A stretch of 40,431 bases of DNA from a virus: the IMG/VR virus record IMGVR_UViG_3300045988_107224; one strand, 5' to 3'. Below the pieces are notes generated by a model. That model had not been told where the DNA came from. It was given only the letters and a program-made list of their open reading frames with translations, and did not search any database. Below, one piece after another: positions 13,900 through 22,813 of this stretch. The stretch's first letter is position 1, and each line of letters begins with the position of its first letter. Position numbers and translations under genes: made by a program.

Positions 13900-14692
13900 A
13901 TTTGAATTAAAGCCTTTTGACAAAGTGCGTGTACGCGATGATGATAATGATGTGTGGCAAATAGATTTTTTTGAAAAACAGGAAGAACCCTTGTATTTTG
14001 AAATAAACTATGTGTGTCTTATGTCAACATGGAAACAATGTATACCATACGAAGGCAACGAACATTTGCTTGGCACAACTGACAGCCCTCAAGAAGAGTG
14101 CCAGAAAGAAGAAAGTGGAAAGCAAGATGAAGCAAGTAATAATTACGGATACCCAGTAGAATACTTCAAACGAAACGATATAGTATTATGCCGAGATAAT
14201 AAAGATTCGTATTGGCGTATAGATGTATTTTTGTACAAAAATGGCTCTGCTCCATTCCCATTCCGATGTAATAACTCTATTTGGATGGAGTGCATTCCCT
14301 ACGAAGGTAACGAGCATTTGATGGGGACAACAGACAAGCCCGAAAGATGCGATACAAACAAAAATACACTTTTCGGTATCAAAATAAAGCCTGGCTATAT
14401 TTTAGAACTTGAGTATGGGAAGGTGGGTGTCATATTCCCGATACGCGAAATCGGTTCCACAAAAAAGGAGAAACTCGCGCTAATATACACGAGTGGTTCG
14501 TGGGTGCCGTTTGAATATATTGAAGTATCTAAAGTAATTGCAATAAGAGGTCGCGCTTTTGGTAGTCTACTTACGAATGGTGGGTTATTGTGGAAAAGAG
14601 CGCAAAAACAATCACTTACAAAGGCGGAAATTGCCGAAAGGCTTGGCATGAGAGCGAAAGACTTTGTAATCATTGACGAAGATAACGAATAA
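13889..14692 (+). CDS. hypothetical protein with an internally duplicated ~65 aa domain
   Basis: Two copies of a module ending in CIPYEGNEHL(L/M)GTTD. The ATG at 13889 is preferred to the TTG at 13865. Confidence 0.7.
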   Translation: MENEFELKPFDKVRVRDDDNDVWQIDFFEKQEEPLYFEINYVCLMSTWKQCIPYEGNEHLLGTTDSPQEECQKEESGKQDEASNNYGYPVEYFKRNDIVLCRDNKDSYWRIDVFLYKNGSAPFPFRCNNSIWMECIPYEGNEHLMGTTDKPERCDTNKNTLFGIKIKPGYILELEYGKVGVIFPIREIGSTKKEKLALIYTSGSWVPFEYIEVSKVIAIRGRAFGSLLTNGGLLWKRAQKQSLTKAEIAERLGMRAKDFVIIDEDNE

Positions 14693-14693
14693 T

Positions 14694-14876
14694 ATGAAAA
14701 TAACAGACCTAAGAATTGGCGACATTGTTTGCAACAAGCGCACAAAATACCCTATGAAAGTTGTAGGCATCTACGAAGACGGCACGGTCTATTTGGATTT
14801 TGATGGCAACGAGGGCGATGTATTCGAGGAAAATTGCAAAGACCTTGAATTTGTCGAAACACGGAAGAAGCCCTAA
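14694..14876 (+). CDS. hypothetical small protein (SH3/Tudor-like beta-rich sequence)
   Basis: The ATG at 14694 lies 2 nt after the upstream stop. Confidence 0.6.
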   Translation: MKITDLRIGDIVCNKRTKYPMKVVGIYEDGTVYLDFDGNEGDVFEENCKDLEFVETRKKP

Positions 14877-14886
14877 AAAGTGAAAT

Positions 14887-15180
14887 ATGACAAGTGCTTT
14901 TATAACGATGGCACTGGCGGAGTTGAATTTAAAGACAAAAGAATGTGTTAATATGGAAAATGAATTTAATTTTGAATACGAATACGAAATAATAGACAAC
15001 GGCGTTATTTTGAGTGACCCCAATTTTGAAACAAAGATTGCTTGCGTTTCACAAAATGGCGATGATTGCGAAGTCGTTAAGAACATCGGGATGTGGCTGA
15101 ACGAAGACATTAAGGATGTTTCGAATGAATGTACGTGCAACAAACTTAGAATTAGCATTAAAATTGAACCTATTGAATAA
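14887..15180 (+). CDS. hypothetical acidic small protein
   Basis: D/E-rich ORF. Alternative ATG at 14953. Confidence 0.55.
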   Translation: MTSAFITMALAELNLKTKECVNMENEFNFEYEYEIIDNGVILSDPNFETKIACVSQNGDDCEVVKNIGMWLNEDIKDVSNECTCNKLRISIKIEPIE

Positions 15181-15210
15181 CAGAAGCGTATATCACTAAT
15201 ATTGAATAGT

Positions 15211-15651
15211 ATGAAAGCAATATCAAAAGATAAGCAGTTCGAATTAAAGAAACTCAAGATGGCGAAATTTGGGCTGCAAATTGAATTTAACATAATTCGT
15301 GAGAGTTACGGAGTAGAAGAGGCGGTAAAAAATAAGTTGGATTTGCCTTTTTGTGCGAACGCTGAGTTGTCTATGGCATTAGATTCACTTGTTCGAAAAT
15401 TCGCGAGTGTAGTTCTTAACTATGATATTAACTGCTTGCACGAAGGCCGCGAAATTAGCCTTAAATGCTTATCAATTTCTAACAATGGCATTTCGTTGCA
15501 GTTATCAGAAGTCAGAGAACATGGTGAATTTGTGATAAAAAGCCCGAAAATTGACAAGCAACCGTACGAGGCAGTATTAGACAAAATCGAAAACGCTGTA
15601 TACGATTTCCTAAGCAACGAAAATGGCGAGCATCTCGAAGAATTATTTTGA
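15211..15651 (+). CDS. hypothetical protein
   Basis: The ATG at 15211 is preferred to the TTG at 15202. Confidence 0.65.
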   Translation: MKAISKDKQFELKKLKMAKFGLQIEFNIIRESYGVEEAVKNKLDLPFCANAELSMALDSLVRKFASVVLNYDINCLHEGREISLKCLSISNNGISLQLSEVREHGEFVIKSPKIDKQPYEAVLDKIENAVYDFLSNENGEHLEELF

Positions 15652-16099
15652 AACGTATTTAATAACAACAACGGCAGAGTATGATTACTGCGTTAAGCAT
15701 GGGTACGAGCCGTTGCTGTTTGATAAATTCTTTCGGATGGACATATTTCTACGCGTTGAAATCCAAAAGCGTCTGTTCGGTCATTGCGCGATAGGGCGCG
15801 GTAACATACCGCAAGCAAATGAGCGTTTTTACAGGTGGTGCTGGGAGCATCTTCCACACCGATGCGAAGAAACCTTACGACCGCTAACGGCATACTCCGC
15901 TTGCTATGTATCCCACATATTGGCGCGTGGAGCGTACCCCGAAATTGCTCACGACCCACGGAATGTAAATATACTATCTTACGCGATGCACGCTAAATGG
16001 GAAAATGGCAACCGCGGGGAAATGAGGATTTATAAGGCGAACGCTGAAAGGATTGAAATACTAAAATCTGAATACAATGCCTACACGAAAGGAAATTAA
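15623..16099 (+). CDS. hypothetical protein, possible HNH/NinG-like nuclease fold
   Basis: HRCEE ... VSHILARGAYPEIAHDPRNVNILSYAMHAKWENG has H..N..H spacing reminiscent of beta-beta-alpha-Me nucleases. Low confidence in the function. Confidence 0.55.
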   Translation: MASISKNYFETYLITTTAEYDYCVKHGYEPLLFDKFFRMDIFLRVEIQKRLFGHCAIGRGNIPQANERFYRWCWEHLPHRCEETLRPLTAYSACYVSHILARGAYPEIAHDPRNVNILSYAMHAKWENGNRGEMRIYKANAERIEILKSEYNAYTKGN

Positions 16100-16334
16100 A
16101 AGCGTGATTCACGAATTTTGCGACCTACCACAAGGCACGCCGCTATATGCTAACATATTTGATGCCACAGACCCCGAATATAATTGCACGTTGTTTGCTT
16201 GCAATGATGCAAAGATTACGGTGGTTTACAAGGGAGTTAAATACACGTTTAACGAGTGCGGAAAGATTGGCGAGAGTGTAAAAAGAAATTTATACATTAA
16301 GAAGCCGAAGACCGCACGCAAAACAAAGAGATAA
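16077..16334 (+). CDS. hypothetical protein
   Basis: 85 aa ORF overlapping the upstream gene end. Confidence 0.6.
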   Translation: MPTRKEIKSVIHEFCDLPQGTPLYANIFDATDPEYNCTLFACNDAKITVVYKGVKYTFNECGKIGESVKRNLYIKKPKTARKTKR

Positions 16335-16336
16335 TA

Positions 16337-16609
16337 ATGATTGAAGAAATAAAAAGCATACTTGAAGCGATTAGGGCGGAGATGCAGAAGAATGGCGAAC
16401 GGCTTGATAGCTTACAAAAATTGCTTTCGTCGTCAGCCTCGAAAAACGTCATGACGGTTGCAGATGTAGCACGCTATCTTAACATAACAGAGTACACCGT
16501 CTACAAAATGACGAGAAACGGGAAAATACCGTTTAAGAAGCTTGAAAACGGCAAGCGTGTGTACTTTTTGCGCGATGATATTGACAAGTGGATTAAACAG
16601 CAAAAATGA
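16337..16609 (+). CDS. MerR/excisionase-family (HTH_17-like) DNA-binding protein
   Basis: MTVADVARYLNITEYTVYKMTRNGKIPFKKL..GKRVYFLRDDIDKWI. Confidence 0.8.
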   Translation: MIEEIKSILEAIRAEMQKNGERLDSLQKLLSSSASKNVMTVADVARYLNITEYTVYKMTRNGKIPFKKLENGKRVYFLRDDIDKWIKQQK

Positions 16610-16716
16610 TGAAAGCAAAGCACGGCTATAAAATTGTATTTTGGGCATTTGTGGCGATTACGATAATTAGCTACATCAACCTATTGGCTAACATATTACA
16701 CTTCGCCTTAAACTAA
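16606..16716 (+). CDS. possible 36 aa single-pass membrane micro-protein (below the ORF-track cutoff)
   Basis: ATG overlaps the upstream TGA (ATGATGA). It encodes MMKAKHGYKIVFWAFVAITIISYINLLANILHFALN. Confidence 0.3.
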   Translation: MMKAKHGYKIVFWAFVAITIISYINLLANILHFALN

Positions 16717-16738
16717 TGAGCGTAAAACTATTTAACTA

Positions 16739-17128
16739 ATGAGCGTAAATAAAGTAATTTTGCTGGGGCACCTTTGCGGAGACCCTAAAATTAAAACATT
16801 CAGCGATGGCAGTAAGGCGGCACGTTTTTCACTTGCGACAAACGAGCGTTACAAAGATGGCAACGAGTACAAGGAGCACGCGGAGTTTCATAATATCGTG
16901 ATGCGTGGGAGAAACGCGGAGATTGCCGAACAATACCTTAAAAAGGGCGATAGAATTTATTTAGACGGCAAGCTAAGATTCGTCAAATGGGAAAAAGACG
17001 GACAGCAACGGCAGCAGGTAGACATCGTGGTCAACACTTTTGTAATGTTAACCCCGAAGCAACAGCAAAGCAAAAAGCAAGAAGAAGATGCACAGCCGAT
17101 TGAGCCAACAGATAATTTACCCTTTTAG
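16739..17128 (+). CDS. ssb: single-stranded DNA-binding protein
   Basis: The OB-fold N-terminus NKVILLGHLCGDPKIK...RFSLATNE...HNIVMRG plus a Q-rich linker and the acidic tip DNLPF. Confidence 0.9.
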   Translation: MSVNKVILLGHLCGDPKIKTFSDGSKAARFSLATNERYKDGNEYKEHAEFHNIVMRGRNAEIAEQYLKKGDRIYLDGKLRFVKWEKDGQQRQQVDIVVNTFVMLTPKQQQSKKQEEDAQPIEPTDNLPF

Positions 17129-17130
17129 CG

Positions 17131-17580
17131 ATGCAAATAGAAAAACGCAATATAACATATAACAACAAAGGGAACTTTGACAGGTTTAAAGCATTGGGAG
17201 TTAAGCAGCCCTTTGCAAATGACCTAATCAGCGGAGCAAAATCAGTGGAGATAAGAAACCACCGAACAAAGTACCGCGGTGATGTTCTGATTTGCTCCTA
17301 TAAGTTCCCGAAAATGGCAGGGTACGAGAGCGGAACAACATTGGGATTTGCTGAGCTTTACGACATTAAGCGAGTCGGGGATTTTACTGATGAGGATTGG
17401 GAGCAAACAAGAGTGCCTAAGGAGCAGCGAAAAAATATAAAACGCGGCTTTGGGTGGTTCTTCAAAAATCCGCGTAGCGTTGTAGAGTTCCCAATTAACT
17501 GCAAGTTGGGTTTGTTTGATTTGTTTTACACAAAAGGCATGGTGATTGAGTACCCAAAATATGTTAAATATGACATCTGA
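17131..17580 (+). CDS. ASCH (PUA-like) domain protein
   Basis: LGVKQPFANDLISGAKSVEIRNHRTKYRGDVLI resembles the ASCH N-terminal motif. Confidence 0.55.
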   Translation: MQIEKRNITYNNKGNFDRFKALGVKQPFANDLISGAKSVEIRNHRTKYRGDVLICSYKFPKMAGYESGTTLGFAELYDIKRVGDFTDEDWEQTRVPKEQRKNIKRGFGWFFKNPRSVVEFPINCKLGLFDLFYTKGMVIEYPKYVKYDI

Positions 17581-17872
17581 TTTACCTTATAGTGAAATGA
17601 GCGAGCGTTACGGAACAGACCTTGCAAAACGCGTTGTTAAACTCCACGAGGAGGTGTACGAATTGGGCAAGGTGCTAACCGATGAAGCGCTAACAGAGTA
17701 CGATTACAACCGTATGCTTATAGACGAGTTATCCGATGTTAACGCAGTGGTTGCACATATTGCGCACTTAGTAGGATTTACGCAAGAGGAGTTGCGCAAG
17801 GTGGCAGCGGACAAAATTCTGAATAGGTTTAAAGACAAAAATTACAAAAGAGAGCATCAACACTACAAGTAA
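17561..17872 (+). CDS. MazG-like nucleotide pyrophosphohydrolase
   Basis: KLHEEVYELGK ... ELSDVNAVVAHIAH is an EExxE...ExxD pattern. The start is uncertain (TTG 17546, ATG 17561 or ATG 17570). Confidence 0.65.
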   Translation: MLNMTSDLPYSEMSERYGTDLAKRVVKLHEEVYELGKVLTDEALTEYDYNRMLIDELSDVNAVVAHIAHLVGFTQEELRKVAADKILNRFKDKNYKREHQHYK

Positions 17873-17955
17873 GGGCAAATAATTCTTACAAACAAAAAAG
17901 CCCACGCAAGCGCGTAGGCACAACACGAACCGAGAATTAGTAAATAAATAAAATT

Positions 17956-18726
17956 ATGAATAACGATGCAAATTTAGCGGAAAAATCCGAAGACACAAAA
18001 ATCAAGATGCGCTTAGCGTCATTCTATACGAGCGCAGCGTACCTCACGTTAGATGTTGCTTACTCGTTCGCGTGCGATTGTGATGTGATTTTAAGCACGC
18101 TGCACAAAGCCTTTGGACAAGACGACAAGCGCAAGATTAAGCAGGCGCGCGATTGTGGCGACAGGTTGCGACACTCGTTGCGGAACGCTTTGGAGCGATA
18201 CAAAGACATACTAAGCAATGGCAGAGCAGCAGACGACAGCGAATTTACATACAACGTGTTAAAACTCGTCTTTGACAGAACAAGCGACACCGAAGAGGGC
18301 AAGCAAGCCGTAATAGACAAAATACGAGAGTTGCCCAGTATTATGGGCATGGAACAAGAATTGTACATTGACTACACAGCCGACTTGCAAGACATTGGCG
18401 AAACGGATTTGCAAAAGCAATTAAATCGTGTGCAATCTGAGTACGATAAGATAGCCGGTAAGTACAAAATAGCTATGGATGAAGCAAAGAAAGTTGCTGT
18501 ATCACGGCTTTTGCTTGATAGCTACGCAAACGGCACAATCAAAGTCGCGTATAAGGAACACGGCATCGACAAACACAGCATCGGCTTTTATGGAGGCTGC
18601 AAAGTTCTGGACGGAAGTAACAACATATACTTACTCTTGTACGATACAACAAAAAGCGGACAGCCCTCACGGAGAAGCCCGAAGCATATAAAAGTAACTG
18701 ACATCTTAAGTATAAATAAAGAATAA
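17956..18726 (+). CDS. hypothetical protein
   Basis: 256 aa ORF, last gene before the terminator at 18735-18761. Confidence 0.75.
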   Translation: MNNDANLAEKSEDTKIKMRLASFYTSAAYLTLDVAYSFACDCDVILSTLHKAFGQDDKRKIKQARDCGDRLRHSLRNALERYKDILSNGRAADDSEFTYNVLKLVFDRTSDTEEGKQAVIDKIRELPSIMGMEQELYIDYTADLQDIGETDLQKQLNRVQSEYDKIAGKYKIAMDEAKKVAVSRLLLDSYANGTIKVAYKEHGIDKHSIGFYGGCKVLDGSNNIYLLLYDTTKSGQPSRRSPKHIKVTDILSINKE

Positions 18727-18734
18727 AATACAGA

Positions 18735-18761
18735 AGCACCCTATTAAAGTGGGGTGCTTTT
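18735..18761 (+). terminator. intrinsic terminator closing the early/middle region
   Basis: AGCACCC / GGGTGCT stem (7-8 bp) followed by TTTT. Confidence 0.55.
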
Positions 18762-18790
18762 GGTTGTATTTACAAAAAGCCGTAAATTTG
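18759..18790 (+). promoter_or_regulatory. Bacteroides-type promoter at the head of the packaging/structural operon
   Basis: TTTG, 20 nt spacer, TAAATTTG, immediately after the terminator at 18735-18761. Confidence 0.5.
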
Positions 18791-18880
18791 CGGTATGAGG
18801 CATTTTGTTGAAATGTGGGGTAACACACCACAAAGACAAAAAAGCCGTTTTAGAACGGAAAACGGATTAAAATAACTAAT

Positions 18881-19714
18881 ATGGAAGTAATTTACAGAAA
18901 GTTGTCAGACATCAAGCCTTTGGACAATAACCCAAGGAAGATTACAAAAGAACAGTTGGAAACGTTGAAAAAATCAATCAGCGAAAATCCCGAATACTTC
19001 GAGGCTCGCCCAATTATCCTATCGGATAGAACAGGGGAACTCGTGATAATTGCAGGAAATCAGCGTTACAGGGCTTGTAAGGAGTTAAAATTTAAAGAAG
19101 TTCCCACTATTTTGCTGAGCGGATTAACGGAAGCTAAAGAACGAGAAATAATTATCCGAGATAACGTAAACAATGGCGAGTGGGACGATGAGCTTTTGGG
19201 TGATTGGAATGCCGACGAGCTGGAAGAATGGGGTGTTGAAATTCATGATACGTCAGAAGATGATGCTTGTGGGGGGCGGTTGAAAGAGACGGAAAGACTC
19301 AGCGAATTAATCTTTGATACACCGTATTACCAACCAGAAGAAATTCCGAATATAAAACTATCAGAGTGTGTAGACCTTGAAAAGTTCAAAGCCAAAATAA
19401 AAGTGATTGAAGATTCACCGCTAACAAATGAACAAAAAGAAACATTGAAACTATTTGCATACAGATTTATACGGATAGATTTCGAAAATGTGGCAAATTA
19501 CTATGCGTTTAACGCCAGTGAAGAGGAGCAAAAAATTATGCAGAGGTTGAGGCTCGTGTTAGTAGATGGCGGTGTGTTAATGAGTGAACGCATGGCAGCA
19601 GAACGCATGGCAGCAGAACGCATGGCAGCAGAACGTTACGAACTAAGCGAGCGAGAAAAGGAAATTGTAAAAATATTAGGAGAACAAAGCGAACATGGTA
19701 AAATATTGCGATGA
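18881..19714 (+). CDS. ParB-like nuclease (ParB/Srx) domain protein with an (ERMAA)x3 repeat
   Basis: LSDIKPLDNNPRKI ... IIAGNQRYRACKEL are the ParB N-terminal domain motifs. It is the first gene after the promoter 18759-18790. Confidence 0.85.
   Translation: MEVIYRKLSDIKPLDNNPRKITKEQLETLKKSISENPEYFEARPIILSDRTGELVIIAGNQRYRACKELKFKEVPTILLSGLTEAKEREIIIRDNVNNGEWDDELLGDWNADELEEWGVEIHDTSEDDACGGRLKETERLSELIFDTPYYQPEEIPNIKLSECVDLEKFKAKIKVIEDSPLTNEQKETLKLFAYRFIRIDFENVANYYAFNASEEEQKIMQRLRLVLVDGGVLMSERMAAERMAAERMAAERYELSEREKEIVKILGEQSEHGKILR
19586..19635 (+). repeat. 15 bp tandem repeat (GAACGCATGGCAGCA) x3.3 in the ParB-like gene
   Basis: Perfect units at 19586-19600, 19601-19615 and 19616-19630, then a partial unit. 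Confidence 0.95.
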
Positions 19715-20252
19715 GGTTGTAAATGAGATTTGCGCGCATATAAGGAGCGGAAGCACGCAGAGAGAGGCACACAAAAAGGCTGGCATAGGTCATGACGCTT
19801 TTTACACATGGCTAAAGACCAAAGCGGACTTTGCCGAAAAGGTTAAAAAAGCAAAAGAGGAATTTCTGAGAAGTCGAGTTGAAGAGCTGGAAAAATCTCT
19901 CTTTAAGCGAGCATTGGGGTTTGAGTACACCGAGAAAGAAACGGAGTATGTAAGTGATGCAGATGGGTCTCCAAGGATTAAGAGCCAAAAGCAGAAACAG
20001 AAGTACTTTGTGCCCGATGTTGGTGCGCTCGTTTTTGCATTAACAAACCTTGCGCCCGAACGTTGGAAAAACAAAATGACGCGAGAAAGCAATATTAGCG
20101 GAAATGTAACAACGAGCGTAAAATCAGACTTCGACATATCAGCAATACCCGACGAGGAACTATTTAAAATAGCCGACATCTTGCAAAACGATAAGAAGAA
20201 GCGACAAGAAAAAGAAAAAAATGGCGAGAAAAAAGGCGGCATGGTTAGATAG
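19695..20252 (+). CDS. putative terminase small subunit
   Basis: N-terminal HTH (ICAHIRSGSTQREAHKKAGIGHDAFYTWL), a coiled-coil and a basic tail. It lies immediately upstream of TerL. Confidence 0.55.
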   Translation: MVKYCDEVVNEICAHIRSGSTQREAHKKAGIGHDAFYTWLKTKADFAEKVKKAKEEFLRSRVEELEKSLFKRALGFEYTEKETEYVSDADGSPRIKSQKQKQKYFVPDVGALVFALTNLAPERWKNKMTRESNISGNVTTSVKSDFDISAIPDEELFKIADILQNDKKKRQEKEKNGEKKGGMVR

Positions 20253-20406
20253 CTTAAGGACGTGCGGAGAGTGCGCCCACGGAAGCCCGATAAACGAGCA
20301 TTGGAACACAGCGTTAGACGGCACGCTTATTTGTGTGCGCTGTCCTTACTCCAAGAGAGCGCAGATACGTAACGAAAAGCAGTGCGAAAATTTTAAACCG
20401 AAATGA
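20221..20406 (+). CDS. small Cys-rich (zinc-ribbon-like) protein
   Basis: CGEC ... CVRC cysteine pairs. It overlaps both the TerS end and the TerL start (ATGA). Confidence 0.5.
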   Translation: MARKKAAWLDSLRTCGECAHGSPINEHWNTALDGTLICVRCPYSKRAQIRNEKQCENFKPK

Positions 20407-21917
20407 AAATAAACCCCGATGAGATAGTACAAGCGGCAGCACGTAAGCGGTTGACAAACTTCGCGAAGTATGTAAAAGGCGATTTGAACTTTGCGCCATT
20501 CCATGAGGTGTATTATACACTTTTGGACCTCTTTGCACATGGAGTTATAAAAAAGATGATTGTGCAAATACCAGCGCAGCACGGGAAATCAGAGGGCTCA
20601 AGCCGTCTTTTACCTTCATTTATGTTAGGGCTGGACCCAGACTTAAAGATTTGTATTGGTTCTTATGCCGCAACTATTGCGCAAGACTTCAACCGCGATG
20701 TACAGAAAATTATAGACGCGCCCGAGTATCAAGACATATTTCACGAAACATTTCTAAATAGCTCAAACGTGGTGACTATGGCAAACACATCACTAAAAAA
20801 TTCCACCGTCATTGAAATGGTTGGGCACAAAGGTTCTTTGCGTGTGGTTGGCCGCGGTGGTTCGCTGACGAGTAAAACGGTAGACATCATGATAATGGAC
20901 GACATTTACAAGGACTACCAAGAGGCAAATTCACCAATAGTTAGAGAAGCCGCGTGGAAGTGGTACACGACCGTAGTAAAGACGCGTCTTCATAACAATT
21001 CGCAAGAGCTGATTGTTTTTACGCGATGGCACGAGGACGACTTAATAGGCAGAATAGAACGGAGTGAAGAAGTTGTTGACTTTACGAGTTGGGAGGACCT
21101 TAAACACATAGACAACTCAAAGTGGTTGCGTATCAATTTCGAAGCCTTAAAGACGACACCGCCAAATGATATAGACCCGAGAGAGGTAGGCGAAGCCCTT
21201 TGGGAGGAGCGTCATTCTCGGAAACGACTCGAAGCGATGAGGGCATTAGACCCTGTGCAATTTGAATGCTTGCAACAAGGCAATCCGAGAAGCGCGGAGG
21301 GTAGGCTTTACACGACCTTTAAGACGTATGTAGACCAAAGCGAGTACGGCAAATTAGTAAGAAAGGGCTGTTATGTAGATGTAGCTGATGAGGGCGACGA
21401 CTACCTAAGCGCGGCAACATACGATATATACGTAAGTCCACACGAAGCCTACAACGAGCGGAAACAGCGGTTTGAGCCTATCGTTTACGCGCTTATTACA
21501 GATATTGAGTTTACGCAAGCAAATACAGACGTAACGACCCTAACCGTGCCAAACATGATAAACCGAAACGGCACGCAAAAAGCGTGGATAGAAAGTAATA
21601 ACGGAGGTTCGGGATTTGAAAAGGTTGTGCGGAAGAAAGTCAAGGCTTTAACGTACCCCTTCCATCAGACCAACAACAAGGAAAGCCGAATTGTTTCAAA
21701 GGCTGCCTTCGTGAACGCGCAAATAGTTTTTCCTTTTGGTTGGGAAACGCGTTTTGCTACTTTCTACGACCACATTTCAAGATTTTTGCGTAATTTCGGG
21801 GCGAATAAACACGATGATGCAGCGGATATGCTCACGGGTATCTATGAAAAAGAGATTGAGAACGGAAACTTCGGAAAATACAAAGAAAATAGCGGAGGTA
21901 TAACTTATTATAACTAA
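20403..21917 (+). CDS. terL: terminase large subunit
   Basis: Walker A-like PAQHGKSE, Walker B IMIMDDIY, TRWHEDDL, and nuclease-domain acidic motifs VDVADEGDDY and HDDAADM. Confidence 0.9.
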   Translation: MKINPDEIVQAAARKRLTNFAKYVKGDLNFAPFHEVYYTLLDLFAHGVIKKMIVQIPAQHGKSEGSSRLLPSFMLGLDPDLKICIGSYAATIAQDFNRDVQKIIDAPEYQDIFHETFLNSSNVVTMANTSLKNSTVIEMVGHKGSLRVVGRGGSLTSKTVDIMIMDDIYKDYQEANSPIVREAAWKWYTTVVKTRLHNNSQELIVFTRWHEDDLIGRIERSEEVVDFTSWEDLKHIDNSKWLRINFEALKTTPPNDIDPREVGEALWEERHSRKRLEAMRALDPVQFECLQQGNPRSAEGRLYTTFKTYVDQSEYGKLVRKGCYVDVADEGDDYLSAATYDIYVSPHEAYNERKQRFEPIVYALITDIEFTQANTDVTTLTVPNMINRNGTQKAWIESNNGGSGFEKVVRKKVKALTYPFHQTNNKESRIVSKAAFVNAQIVFPFGWETRFATFYDHISRFLRNFGANKHDDAADMLTGIYEKEIENGNFGKYKENSGGITYYN

Positions 21918-21983
21918 TTTTGTGACGGCCAAAATGTAAGGGTGCGTTTTGGTAGATTGTTTAACACTTTAATACTTTAATTT

Positions 21984-22622
21984 ATGTTGTGTTCTTGTCC
22001 TAAAAAAGCGGCACTCACTTCTATTAAGACGGTAGTTTGCCCCGAGAAATTTGGTCAGATTCAGAAAGCCGCGTTTGTGCGATTGACGAACGGCACTGGC
22101 GTAAAAAACGGCTTTGTTAAAGCAACTGCTGATATCACGAAAAAGGCATCGTGGACTAAGCTCATCACTGCTGAAGATGATACGAAAGTCGTTGTGTCCC
22201 CCTACATCGAAGCCCCGAGCGGAGAAGCAGGCGAAGCCCGAACCTTTGGCGGTGGTAACGAAACGTTGGGTGGTATTGAGCGTATTATCGGGCGTAACCC
22301 GTCAACGTTTACGGGAGTGTTCCGCGAGGTTCCGCAGGAGATTATTAAAGCTATCAAGGAGTTGCAGTGCGAAGACGGCAACCTTGGTGTATATCTATTT
22401 GACCAGTACGGACATGTAGAAGCGTTGGCAGGTGATGCTAAGGGTGACGCGCTGCCCATCCCTATTCGTTCGTTCTTTGTCTCGGACAAAAACCACGGCA
22501 ACCTCGAAAGCCCCGATAGCAACAATGTGCAGTGGGCTTTTGCGCCTAATTATTCGGACAATCTTAAAATCTTTGTGCCGACTGACTTCAATCCCCTAAC
22601 CGATTTAGTAGTTTCAGAGTAA
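21984..22622 (+). CDS. hypothetical structural-module protein
   Basis: 212 aa ORF between TerL and the portal. No motif recognised. Confidence 0.7.
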   Translation: MLCSCPKKAALTSIKTVVCPEKFGQIQKAAFVRLTNGTGVKNGFVKATADITKKASWTKLITAEDDTKVVVSPYIEAPSGEAGEARTFGGGNETLGGIERIIGRNPSTFTGVFREVPQEIIKAIKELQCEDGNLGVYLFDQYGHVEALAGDAKGDALPIPIRSFFVSDKNHGNLESPDSNNVQWAFAPNYSDNLKIFVPTDFNPLTDLVVSE

Positions 22623-22813
22623 TGGACGCAAAACAAACCAAGGTGGAATTATTTTGCACCCCGAGCGGACATACCGAAGCGTTAGGATTTGACCACGCGG
22701 AAAGACTGCTCCGAATGCCGAACAATGGCGGTTGGGAGTTGCCGAAAGATTCGCCTTTTGAATTTACAGAAAATGCCTTACGATTTAAACGAGGCGCGAA
22801 AAGCGGTAAGTGA
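22622..22813 (+). CDS. hypothetical small protein
   Basis: 63 aa ORF whose ATG overlaps the upstream stop. Confidence 0.45.
   Translation: MDAKQTKVELFCTPSGHTEALGFDHAERLLRMPNNGGWELPKDSPFEFTENALRFKRGAKSGK

Noticed and set aside
21966-21981. An ACTTTAAT tandem duplication immediately upstream of the ATG at 21984.
   Set aside because: It is only 2 x 8 bp in AT-rich leader sequence, which is compatible with chance or a trivial slippage event.
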